Source of the DNA: Candidatus Altimarinota bacterium
GTDB taxonomy: Bacteria; Patescibacteriota; Gracilibacteria; UM-FILTER-43-11
Assembly: GCA_028281045.1 (NCBI GenBank)
Contig: JANQKP010000009.1
Location: forward strand, 129,673-193,672
Reading direction: 5' to 3'
Length of the DNA stretch: 64,000 nucleotides
Part shown: piece after piece, positions 15,264 to 24,255 of the stretch
Layout of the letters: each line of letters starts with the position of its first letter
How positions within the stretch are numbered: position 1 is the first letter of the stretch
The notes under the pieces: generated by a model
Database searches by the model: none
Seen by the model: the letters and a program-made list of their open reading frames with translations, nothing else
Told to the model about the DNA's origin: nothing
Position numbers and translations under genes: made by a program

Positions 15264-18188
15264 TTAGCTTCCGCAGCTACCCGTAGCGCTTGCTGCCGTA
15301 ATGGTATTTTGCCCTGTATAGGTACCACTCGCTACGCTTTCTGGAAGTTGAATTCCGAAGTAAACCGGGTCGCTTCCCGCGTTATTCGTATTGATATCAC
15401 GAACAGGAACGTTGTTGTTAATACAATCTTGGCTCGCAGAAAGGTTTACAGAGCTACCAGAACCATAGTTGGTTGAAGCCGTTTCGCTAAACTCTTGTTG
15501 GCTCACCGAGAAGCTGTCTCCAGAACATACGGTGTACGGTGTTCCCCAGTTATTACACATGTCTGTTCCGTATAGGTAAGTGTCGAAACTGGTGTTTCCT
15601 ACGTTGGCAATGTAGAACACTTCAGAAAGGGTTCCTGTGTCTCCTCCAGGAGCAAGCGTTCCATATTGTAGGTCTGTATTAGAAGTTCCATCACTCGCAT
15701 CACGAGTATCCAGAGCCAGAAGCTCTGCCACCGTGTGCGTTAGCGTGCTCACTGTTTGTGAATCGCTGAAGGCAAATAAACCTCCTTTATCAGCTGAATA
15801 AATCGCGGCGGTCCATCCAGAAGAAGGGGCAATGTTAAATTGCACATCTACATCACAGGTCACCGTGTAGTTTTCATCTGTACCGGCACCACTTTGATTA
15901 GAAAGTGTGCAGCCAAATACATCGTAACACTCCTGCTGGGCATCTGTATTGGTTCCCGTATCGGTAACACAATCCACAGTCCCTTCGTCATTACCTTCGT
16001 CGGCAGCATTGGCATCGTATATGGCTCCAATGGTGGTCACCACATCGTCGTCACCATTGTTATCACTCACCTCAGCAGACCACACAAAGTTCGTTGTGGT
16101 TCCAGCGGTTGGATTAAAGTCTCCAGAGCCATCTCCTGTAATGGTGAATGAATTTAGCACCGGAGCTACATTTGCAACGGTATATTGATAAAAAATAACT
16201 TCAATATCATCGAAGAAAGCGGTGCTACCTGAGCTAGCTCCACATCCAATACCTAGATTTAGATCGCTCGCAATAGCTCCTGTAACAGCGAATCTTGTCC
16301 AGGTCGTAGAGGTAGTAATAGGGGTAGTTGCTCCAATACCTGATACAAAGGCACAACCTCCTGCCCCATTTGTTTTCGCCCAACCTGTAACCGTTGCTGT
16401 CACTCCAGCCGTTCCAACAGATTGTGTGGCAGTAAAGTCTGCACTGGTACTAGCTACGCTAAGCGATTGAGACCCAGAACCTCCTGTTCTTTCGTCAGCT
16501 ACTTTTGAAAGCGTTCCAGAACCAGAAGTTCCCCAAGCTGTGGTTCCTGCAGCTTCCATATCTCCATCGGTTACTGTTGGATCAGATGGCTTAGAAACCC
16601 CGTAAACCACTACAGGAGTATTGGCAGAATGAGACTCACTGAGCCCTGTTACCCCATCGAGAGATGAGCCTGTATTTTTACCTGTGTAAGATGCCTTCTC
16701 TTTTCCAACAACTACATCACCAGAACTTGGGAATAAAGTAGTTGAAGACATCACGAGTGAGGTTTGCACCGTAGTCGATGGGAAAGCCAGCCATTGCACT
16801 TCATTAAATTCTCCGCGTTCTTCATGCTCATCCCATACAAAGTATTCTACAGAGTTTGCTCCTGCTGCCGTTGGAATTGGAGCTAAATCAGTATCGTCAC
16901 AGTAAATATTTCCACTTCCATCAATGTTTCCTGTTGTGGTTCCTCCAGAAAGGGTTGCCCCAGAAAGACTAAGGGCAGAAGAACTTTCAGAAACCGCAAT
17001 GCTGTTTCCAGCCGTTCCAGGCTCTACAGCCACAATATCAAGTTCAGTATCATCTACCACTGTTCCTTTTATAACAAAGACATCACTCGTATTGATTGTC
17101 TGAAGAATGCGATCTGTTAAACAATTCAGGGTTGAACATCCATCAGTCGCAATTTCAGTCGCCCCACCGGTCACAATACCGTTAGCAGAAGGGTCAAATT
17201 CATATACGTCTCCATTAATGGTTAGGGTGTCTCCATCGGCTGGCTGACCCGAAAGCGTAATGGTTGCGTTCGCCATAGAATGACTCACCCCAGTTTCACT
17301 ACAAAGCAGGGTTCCTCCACTACATGGACTTGTAGGATCTGCTGTATTAAACGTTGATCCGTCAGTACAAACCGCAAAGTTCAGTTCATCGGCACCACCA
17401 TAGTAATCGTAATCATAAACTTTGGCGTAGAAACGAACCGTTTCTCCTGGCTCAATCGTTCCACCAGAAGTGTCAGTGGCTCCATAACTTTCTACAATAG
17501 GAGCATGATTAACGTTCATTTCAGAGTTCGTGCTATTTCCTGAAGAACATTCTCCACTTGAATTATGGTCACAAGCAAAAGCATTCCACTGACCGCCTTC
17601 ACCCGTAGCATTTGAAGCATCTAACGTACAGGTTGTTGCTGTTCCAGAGCTTGTTTGGCTAGATACACAATACTGGAAAAGGGTACAAGTCGGAGCTGCA
17701 CTGGTTCCCGCAATCGCAGGCCCAATAAGACAAGCGGTTAGGTAATAATCATCTGTATTATCATCTGTCGCGGTAGCAATCCAAGTTCCAGTATCTCCGA
17801 AATCAATCGGATTATTCGCATCGGCCGCTAGGTAAACCGTATCATTATCTGAGTGAGCTGAAGAAACATTAGAAACTCCAGTCAGCGTGGTTGCTGTTTT
17901 ACCGGTATAGGTAATGTCCTGCTCATCATTGATTTTAATCGTCCCACCGCTGGCATTGAATCCGGCAGTGCTATCCACAGTAATCGTGGTTGCACCTCCT
18001 GAAATTCCCCCATCGAGCTGTGTCGTGGTTTTGTAATCGAACGGATCCAAATCAAAAGTTGGAGCCACATTCGCTGTATCTAGCGAAGTTCCGGTGTCAT
18101 CCGCGATAACGTCGAAAGAGGCTGTTCCCACTAGTAGGATCAGTGCAAGAAAGCCAGTTAAGAAAGAGGCTAAGTTGTAATTTTTCAT
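15264..18188 (-). CDS. giant secreted surface protein (974 aa), mosaic paralog of 18254-21208
   Basis: Signal peptide. A repeated 'STAGF..GGTI.I.DE..ITYTGKT.T.L.GV....AH' motif. A central block resembling CBM4/9 (DGDMEAAGTTAW...SQSL...FDDIEV). Conserved C-terminal ~170 aa ending in SCGS. Confidence 0.8.
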   Translation of the reverse strand: MKNYNLASFLTGFLALILLVGTASFDVIADDTGTSLDTANVAPTFDLDPFDYKTTTQLDGGISGGATTITVDSTAGFNASGGTIKINDEQDITYTGKTATTLTGVSNVSSAHSDNDTVYLAADANNPIDFGDTGTWIATATDDNTDDYYLTACLIGPAIAGTSAAPTCTLFQYCVSSQTSSGTATTCTLDASNATGEGGQWNAFACDHNSSGECSSGNSTNSEMNVNHAPIVESYGATDTSGGTIEPGETVRFYAKVYDYDYYGGADELNFAVCTDGSTFNTADPTSPCSGGTLLCSETGVSHSMANATITLSGQPADGDTLTINGDVYEFDPSANGIVTGGATEIATDGCSTLNCLTDRILQTINTSDVFVIKGTVVDDTELDIVAVEPGTAGNSIAVSESSSALSLSGATLSGGTTTGNIDGSGNIYCDDTDLAPIPTAAGANSVEYFVWDEHEERGEFNEVQWLAFPSTTVQTSLVMSSTTLFPSSGDVVVGKEKASYTGKNTGSSLDGVTGLSESHSANTPVVVYGVSKPSDPTVTDGDMEAAGTTAWGTSGSGTLSKVADERTGGSGSQSLSVASTSADFTATQSVGTAGVTATVTGWAKTNGAGGCAFVSGIGATTPITTSTTWTRFAVTGAIASDLNLGIGCGASSGSTAFFDDIEVIFYQYTVANVAPVLNSFTITGDGSGDFNPTAGTTTNFVWSAEVSDNNGDDDVVTTIGAIYDANAADEGNDEGTVDCVTDTGTNTDAQQECYDVFGCTLSNQSGAGTDENYTVTCDVDVQFNIAPSSGWTAAIYSADKGGLFAFSDSQTVSTLTHTVAELLALDTRDASDGTSNTDLQYGTLAPGGDTGTLSEVFYIANVGNTSFDTYLYGTDMCNNWGTPYTVCSGDSFSVSQQEFSETASTNYGSGSSVNLSASQDCINNNVPVRDINTNNAGSDPVYFGIQLPESVASGTYTGQNTITAASATGSCGS

Positions 18189-18253
18189 GTTTTTTTGTGA
18201 AGTTTTAACCTAATTCTAGGCAAAAAATTTACAAAAAACAAACTTTTTATCAA

Positions 18254-21208
18254 CTAGCTTCCGCAACTATTTGTGGCAGAGGCCGCCGTCACTGTGTTTT
18301 GCCCGGTGTAAGTACCACTGGCTACGCTTTCTGGAAGTTGAATCCCAAAGTAGATAGGATCATTACCAGCAAAGTCTGTATTCAGACCCCTTACAGGAAC
18401 ATCGTTGTTAATACAATCAGCCGAGGTATTTACAGAGTTTCCTGAGCCGTAATTTGTAGAAGCTGTAGTTGAATACTCTTGTTGAGATGCAGAGAAGCTA
18501 TCTCCACTACACACGGTGTATGGAGTTCCCCAGTTATTACACATGTCTGTTCCAGAAATTTGAGTGTCTAAAGCAACGTTTCCGTAATTAGCAATATAGA
18601 ACACTTCGGAAAGGGTTCCTGTGTCTCCACCAGGAGCTAGTGTTCCATATTGAAGATCTGTATTTGTTGTTCCATCCGTTGCATCACGAATATCTAGCGC
18701 TAGAAGCTCTGCTACTGTGTGAGTAAGAGTATTTAACGTCTGAGAATTATCAGAGTCTTGATTTCCTCCACCATCTTGCATGATTTGCCAAGCCACCCAG
18801 TTAGAACTTGGAGCAATATTGAAGTGGGTATCCACGCTACAATTAATGGTTCCATTTACGTCTGTTCCAGAACCCACATCAGAGAAGGTACAAATGCCTA
18901 AGCCCACAGAATAACATTCCTGTTGTGCATCTGTATTCGTACCGGTATCTGTGACACAATTTGAGTTCCCTTCGTCATTTCCTTCGTCTGCAGCATCGGC
19001 ATCATAAATTCCACCAAGGGTCAGGCTTACATCATTGTCACCATTGTTATCACTATAAGATACAGACCAGCTGAAGCTAGTGGTGGTTCCCGCCGTTGGG
19101 TTAAAGTCCCCACTTCCATCCCCTGTAATGGTGAACGTATTAAAGGTTGGGGCTACATTCTCTACGTTATATTGATAGTAACTAACTTCAATATCATCAA
19201 AATTAGCTGTGTTTCCTGAGCTCGCTCCACAACCAAGTCCAAGATTAAGGTCACTAGAAACAGCTCCTGTTATTGAGAAGTAGGTCCAAGCGCCTGCCGT
19301 AGTGATGATGAGAGGTGCTCCTGTGAACGAGGCAAAGGCACAACCTCCAGATCCAGCTTTGGCCCAACCCGAAACATTAATCACTTGCCCCGCATCTCCC
19401 ACTGATTGAATCGCGGTTACATCCCCACTGGTACTCGTAAGTTGAAGAGACTGAGATCCAGAACCACCAGTTCTTTCATCGGCTACTTTGGCTAGTGTTC
19501 CCGTTCCCCCGGCGGTCCATGCTGTAGTCCCAGCAGCCTCCATATCACCATCGGTAACAGGGTCTACATCGTATTTCGTATCTGAATAAATATAAACAGG
19601 TTCATTTTCACTATGTTCCATGTCTAGCGTTCCAGAAAGTCCATCTAGAGTAGTTCCGCTATTTTTACCACTGTAAGTCACTTGCTCGTGCCCTACTACA
19701 ATGGTTCCAGAGCTTGGGAAAAGACTCGAGTCATCAACGGTAAGTGTATCTGCCCCTTCATCTACAGGAGCTGCAAGGCGCGTATTTTGTTGAAAATTAG
19801 CAACATATTCATGTTCATCCCACACAAAATATTCTACGGGGTATGCCCTTCCAGGAGTTGGAATTGGTGTAAGCGACTGAGTGTCATCACAATATACTTC
19901 ACCCGTAGCACTTACGGTTCCACTGGTTGTTCCACTAGAAAGTGTTGCTCCAGAAAGGGTGATGTCATCCACACCAGGATCAGATTCTGTCATAGCGACA
20001 CTATTTCCTCCAGTCCCTGGAGTCACTGCTACAATTTGAACTACACTTGGGTAAACCCCTGGTCCTTTTATGGCAAACGTATTATCTGAAGTGTAAGCAT
20101 TAATAAATTCATCTGTCGTGTCATTTCCTGAGGTGATTCCATTGGTATCCACCTCTGTATTTCCACCACTCACCCCATCATTACCAGTATCGAATTCATA
20201 AGTAATTCCATCGATGGTCACGGTGTCTCCATCTTCTGGAACATTGTTGAAAGTAATGGTTCCCGTAGCAGGCGTAATCACAATATCTGTAGCAGAACAA
20301 ATTTCAGTACTTGCCCCACAAGGATCTGAAAGATCCGAAGTATTTAGAGTGGCCCCATCTGCACAGATGGCCATATTAATTTTGTCTGTTCCCCCTTCTA
20401 AATTAATATCTCTTACAGTGGCTTTAAAACGCACCGTATCTCCTGGTTCAATGGTTCCATCTGAAGTATCTGTGGCCGTGAAAGATTCAACCACAGGACG
20501 GAAGTTACCAACCCAATTTGCATTTACGCTATTGGCTGAAGAACAAGCAGAATCTGAAGATCTGTCATCACAAACATATCCATAGAACTCAGCAGACTCC
20601 CCTTGAGAATTTGGAGCTATATCATAAGAACAAGAGTCTAAAGTAATTTCTGAACCACTGGCTGTAGTAGCAGAATTACACCAGAAAAGTGAGAAAGGAC
20701 ACTGCCCAGCAGCGCTAGCCTGTGGCACAATTGTAGGAGTTGGGAAGAAACAAGAGGTAAAGAAATAACTATCTGTATTCTGATCCGTTGCTTTTGCTGT
20801 CCAATAACCTGTTCCATTAAAATTCACAGGGTTATTATTATCATTTGCAAGATACACAGTCGCATTATCAGAGTGAGCCGAAGAAACATTAGAAACTCCT
20901 GTCAGCGTGGTTGCGGTTTTTCCTGTGTAAGTAATGTCTTGCTCATCATCAATCTTAATCGTCCCTCCATCAGCATTGAATCCAGCGGTACTGTCTACAG
21001 TAATTGTGGTTTCACCTCCAGAAAGTGCGCCATCAAGCTGTGTTGTTAGCACATAATCAAACGGATCCAGATCAAAAGCTGGAGCTACGTTAGAGGTGGT
21101 AAGAGTTGTTCCTGTATCGTCCGCAATAACGTCGAAAGGGGCTGTTCCCATTAGTAGGATCAGGGCAAGAAAGCCAGTTAAAAAAGAGGCCAGGTTGTAT
21201 TTTTTCAT
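18254..21208 (-). CDS. giant secreted surface protein (984 aa), mosaic paralog of 15264-18188
   Basis: Same architecture as the 974-aa paralog. The N-terminal ~120 aa, the central CBM-like block and the C-terminal ~170 aa are conserved, and the segments between them are divergent. Confidence 0.8.
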   Translation of the reverse strand: MKKYNLASFLTGFLALILLMGTAPFDVIADDTGTTLTTSNVAPAFDLDPFDYVLTTQLDGALSGGETTITVDSTAGFNADGGTIKIDDEQDITYTGKTATTLTGVSNVSSAHSDNATVYLANDNNNPVNFNGTGYWTAKATDQNTDSYFFTSCFFPTPTIVPQASAAGQCPFSLFWCNSATTASGSEITLDSCSYDIAPNSQGESAEFYGYVCDDRSSDSACSSANSVNANWVGNFRPVVESFTATDTSDGTIEPGDTVRFKATVRDINLEGGTDKINMAICADGATLNTSDLSDPCGASTEICSATDIVITPATGTITFNNVPEDGDTVTIDGITYEFDTGNDGVSGGNTEVDTNGITSGNDTTDEFINAYTSDNTFAIKGPGVYPSVVQIVAVTPGTGGNSVAMTESDPGVDDITLSGATLSSGTTSGTVSATGEVYCDDTQSLTPIPTPGRAYPVEYFVWDEHEYVANFQQNTRLAAPVDEGADTLTVDDSSLFPSSGTIVVGHEQVTYSGKNSGTTLDGLSGTLDMEHSENEPVYIYSDTKYDVDPVTDGDMEAAGTTAWTAGGTGTLAKVADERTGGSGSQSLQLTSTSGDVTAIQSVGDAGQVINVSGWAKAGSGGCAFASFTGAPLIITTAGAWTYFSITGAVSSDLNLGLGCGASSGNTANFDDIEVSYYQYNVENVAPTFNTFTITGDGSGDFNPTAGTTTSFSWSVSYSDNNGDNDVSLTLGGIYDADAADEGNDEGNSNCVTDTGTNTDAQQECYSVGLGICTFSDVGSGTDVNGTINCSVDTHFNIAPSSNWVAWQIMQDGGGNQDSDNSQTLNTLTHTVAELLALDIRDATDGTTNTDLQYGTLAPGGDTGTLSEVFYIANYGNVALDTQISGTDMCNNWGTPYTVCSGDSFSASQQEYSTTASTNYGSGNSVNTSADCINNDVPVRGLNTDFAGNDPIYFGIQLPESVASGTYTGQNTVTAASATNSCGS

Positions 21209-21286
21209 GTTTTTTTGTGAAGTTTTAAGCCAATTTTAAGGAAATTTTGAGAAAAAAACAAATATAAAATTCGGGCTCTTTCCTAC

Positions 21287-21315
21287 TTGATTTTTCACCC
21301 GTTTTTTGGTATAAT
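21287..21315 (+). promoter_or_regulatory. sigma70-like promoter of 21358-24076 unit
   Basis: TTGATT (21287-21292), a 17-nt spacer, then TGgTATAAT (-10 at 21310-21315). Confidence 0.55.
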
Positions 21316-21357
21316 TATTAGATTTCTTTTTTATAGAAATCTTCGCGAAAAATAAAA

Positions 21358-23310
21358 ATGAAAAAACTAAATGCCATCATTGCGACCTTTATTGTGCTTT
21401 TTGTACAAAGCAATGTATGGGCATATCCACTTACAAGCACCACGTACCAAATCGACATGAGCACCATAGATGGTGGAGGTACGGTTTCTTCTAGTTCTTC
21501 GTATAAATCTAACCATACGATTCTAGGAACTTTTGGAGGTGGACAAGACATTTCAACGAGTTACAAACTGGATACCGGTCTTGTGAATTTAGAACTTTTC
21601 TGTGGAAACGGAATCTACGAATTCGGAGAACAGTGTGATGATGGAAATAACATCAACGGAGATGGATGTTCTAGCACTTGTCAGACCGAAACCGTGACTG
21701 CCATTTGTGGAAACTTTGTGATTGAAACCGGAGAGCAATGTGATGATGGAAACACCAACAACCTAGATGGTTGTTCTTCAACGTGTCAGACCGAAGGCGG
21801 TGGAGGCGGTGGAGGATCCGGAGGTGGAGGTGGAGGCTCTATCTGTGGTAACGGATTCAAACAAGGTGGAGAACAATGTGATGATGGAAATAACATCAAT
21901 GGAGATGGATGTTCTAGTATTTGTACCATTGAAGCCAGTGTTTGTGGAGATGCTGTTATTGAAGCCTCTGAGCAATGTGATGACGGAAACCTAGATGACT
22001 TTGATGGCTGCTCTGCCCAATGTCTTTTAGAAACCCCAGAATGTGGAAATGGTCATATTGAAACGGGCGAAGTTTGTGATGATGGAAACACTATTTCTGG
22101 AGATGGGTGTTCTAGTACTTGTAACTTTGAATTTGGAATCCCAATTTGTGGAAATGGAATCCAAGAAACCGGAGAACAATGTGATGATGGAAACACCACG
22201 AGCAATGACGGATGTTCTAACATCTGTGAATTTGACGAAGTGCTTCCGGAACCTGAGCCAGAGCCAGAACCGGAACCAGAACCTACCCCGCCAACTCCAG
22301 AACCGGAGCCGGAACCAGAAGAGCCACTACTGCCAGCAGCACCTGAAGTGCCTGTGGTAGATGATGGAGATGATCTTCCACCAGAAGTGGAAGAACAAGT
22401 GGGAACAAGCCCGTATCTACTAGATACCGATCAAGATGGACTTCCAGATAACGTGGAATGTCCAAACGGTGAGCAAGTTGATACCGATGGTGTAGGGATC
22501 TTTGACTGTCTTGATACGGATTCAGATAATGATGGGATCTCTGACGGAGTCGAAGGAAATGTCGATACCGATGGAGATGGAGTACCAAACTACCAAGACC
22601 GCGATTCGGATAACGATGGCGTAGAAGATATCCTAGAAGGTCTGTTTGATAACGATGGAGATGATATTCCAAATTACATCGATGCGGACTCTCAAACGGA
22701 ACTTGGAAATACCTTCCTAGAAAACGATCAAGATGGAGATATTATCGACTACGTAGACATCAAAAACGAATTTGAACTCGATACCAACCTAATCATCAAA
22801 GTGAAGGAGGTATTAGATCCTAGATCCCCTCACCCAATCCGTAATTTCTTCATTAAAGCGCGTCCTGAAAAACGTGTAAATGCAGAGGAAAACTGGGATA
22901 CATTCAGTGACATTACGTTCTATAACAGAGGAACTGGCGAAGAAGATCTTCTGACCGTTCTAAACATGAGTATTCGTGGTCTAAGTGGGCTTATAACCAA
23001 CGTTATTCCAAATGGAACTTATGACGTTGCCTTCAAAGGACACTCTCACCTCACGAAATTCATTCGTGGTGAAAAAATTGATGGAAATAAATACATTCTC
23101 GACTGGACCTTTGACGACGACTTCTTCCTATACGCTGGGGATGTACAAGATCAGAAAGATGACTTCGTAAATGGTCTAGACTTCTCAGCGATGAAGAACC
23201 AAATCTATACCGGAAACTTCGATGCAGATCTGAATGAAGACGGCATCGTAAATGGTCTAGATCTATCGATCGCTCTAGAAAACATTTATAGAAGCGGAGA
23301 AACGTTATAA
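21358..23310 (+). CDS. secreted Cys-rich-repeat / Ca-binding-repeat protein with C-terminal dockerin-like module
   Basis: 650 aa. Signal peptide. Six copies of CGNGxxExGEQCDDGNxxxGDGCSSxC (Myxococcus-type cysteine-rich repeat). Gly13/Ser run. PEPEPE linker. DxDxDGxxD thrombospondin-3-like repeats. C-terminal ...DLNEDGIVNGLDLSIALENIY. Confidence 0.85.
   Translation: MKKLNAIIATFIVLFVQSNVWAYPLTSTTYQIDMSTIDGGGTVSSSSSYKSNHTILGTFGGGQDISTSYKLDTGLVNLELFCGNGIYEFGEQCDDGNNINGDGCSSTCQTETVTAICGNFVIETGEQCDDGNTNNLDGCSSTCQTEGGGGGGGSGGGGGGSICGNGFKQGGEQCDDGNNINGDGCSSICTIEASVCGDAVIEASEQCDDGNLDDFDGCSAQCLLETPECGNGHIETGEVCDDGNTISGDGCSSTCNFEFGIPICGNGIQETGEQCDDGNTTSNDGCSNICEFDEVLPEPEPEPEPEPEPTPPTPEPEPEPEEPLLPAAPEVPVVDDGDDLPPEVEEQVGTSPYLLDTDQDGLPDNVECPNGEQVDTDGVGIFDCLDTDSDNDGISDGVEGNVDTDGDGVPNYQDRDSDNDGVEDILEGLFDNDGDDIPNYIDADSQTELGNTFLENDQDGDIIDYVDIKNEFELDTNLIIKVKEVLDPRSPHPIRNFFIKARPEKRVNAEENWDTFSDITFYNRGTGEEDLLTVLNMSIRGLSGLITNVIPNGTYDVAFKGHSHLTKFIRGEKIDGNKYILDWTFDDDFFLYAGDVQDQKDDFVNGLDFSAMKNQIYTGNFDADLNEDGIVNGLDLSIALENIYRSGETL
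23128..23307 (+). other. dockerin-like duplicated EF-hand segment (domain-level call)
   Basis: GDVQDQKDDFVNGLDFSAMKNQIY followed by DADLNEDGIVNGLDLSIALENIY. The second repeat fits DxNxDGxVNxxD, and the first is degenerate. Confidence 0.55.
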
Positions 23311-23335
23311 AATATAAGCAAATTACTAAATTAAA

Positions 23336-24076
23336 ATGAAAACGCTCAAATCAATTGCCATCGCGCTTATGCTCACTCTAGGGCTCACGCAAACCGCTTC
23401 TGCGGCTAGCCTAAGCCTAGATCCGGCTAAAGCCACCTTTAATCCAGATTGTCACTCTGTGGTGCATGTTTACCTGCACACAGAAGGTGAAGAATCTAAT
23501 GCCGTAGACGCTTTTCTTAGATTCGATGAAGATCAACTGCGTTTTAAAGACCAAATCGACAACAAAGAAGGGATACAAACCTTCCCCACAGGGCTTTATG
23601 AAGCTTATCCAGGAAATGAAGTAGAAGACGGTGCTATTCGTATTACCGGCTTCAATGACAAAGACTTTTTCCTAGGAGAGGGCCACTTTGCCAGCCTTGT
23701 ATTTAAGCCCAAAAGAGGGGTTGAAGAAGCTCAAATTAGCTTTGAATTCATCGAAGATGAGACCAGAGACTCCAATGTCGCGGATATTAACTCTTTAGAT
23801 GTCCTAAGAGCCGTTAAAAACGGGGAATATAAATTCGCTGAAAACGGTGAATGTGGCGACGAAGTCTATCCAAGTCTTGTAGATGGGGTTTTCCAGTCTG
23901 CAGAAGGTCTATTTGGCGCAGCGAGAAGCCCTATTTGGACGTGGTTTTGGATTCTTCTACTCCTGAGCTTAATTGGAAACTTCTTCTTCCTATTTGGAAA
24001 ACACTTTGTGAGCATCAACTTCGATGTTCGTAAGATCAGAAAAACCCGAAAAACAGCCAAAAAGAAGAAAAAATAA
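23336..24076 (+). CDS. membrane-anchored cohesin-like protein
   Basis: 246 aa. Signal peptide (…TQTASA). Cohesin-like pattern LSLDPAKATF…VVHVYLHTEGEESNAVDAFLRFDEDQLRF…GAIRITGF…GHFASLVFKPKRGVEEAQISFEF. C-terminal TM helix (IWTWFWILLLLSLIGNFFFLF) and a Lys/Arg tail. Confidence 0.75.
   Translation: MKTLKSIAIALMLTLGLTQTASAASLSLDPAKATFNPDCHSVVHVYLHTEGEESNAVDAFLRFDEDQLRFKDQIDNKEGIQTFPTGLYEAYPGNEVEDGAIRITGFNDKDFFLGEGHFASLVFKPKRGVEEAQISFEFIEDETRDSNVADINSLDVLRAVKNGEYKFAENGECGDEVYPSLVDGVFQSAEGLFGAARSPIWTWFWILLLLSLIGNFFFLFGKHFVSINFDVRKIRKTRKTAKKKKK
23408..23831 (+). other. cohesin-like beta-sandwich module (domain-level call)
   Basis: See the CDS evidence. This is pattern recognition only, without a profile search. 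Confidence 0.55.
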
Positions 24077-24105
24077 GGAAAAAATTTAGAAATATTTAAG
24101 AAATT

Positions 24106-24139
24106 CAAAAAGGTCAGTCCAAAAAACTGGCCTTTTTTG
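24106..24139 (+). terminator. intrinsic terminator after 23336-24076
   Basis: Stem GGTCAGT (24112-24118) pairs with ACTGGCC (24127-24133), including one G-U pair. TTTTTT follows. Confidence 0.7.
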
Positions 24140-24208
24140 TAATTTTCTAGCTTTTTTAAGCCAAAAAATAAGCTTATTTGACACATGCAAAAAAGGGGTC
24201 TAAAACAC

Positions 24209-24237
24209 TTGATTTTTCTCTCTAAATTTGATATAAT
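24209..24237 (+). promoter_or_regulatory. sigma70-like promoter of 24256-28339 unit
   Basis: TTGATT (24209-24214), a 17-nt spacer, then TGaTATAAT (24232-24237). The -35 context cTTGATTTTTc is the same as at 21287. Confidence 0.55.
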
Positions 24238-24255
24238 ATTCTGATATCATTTTGC

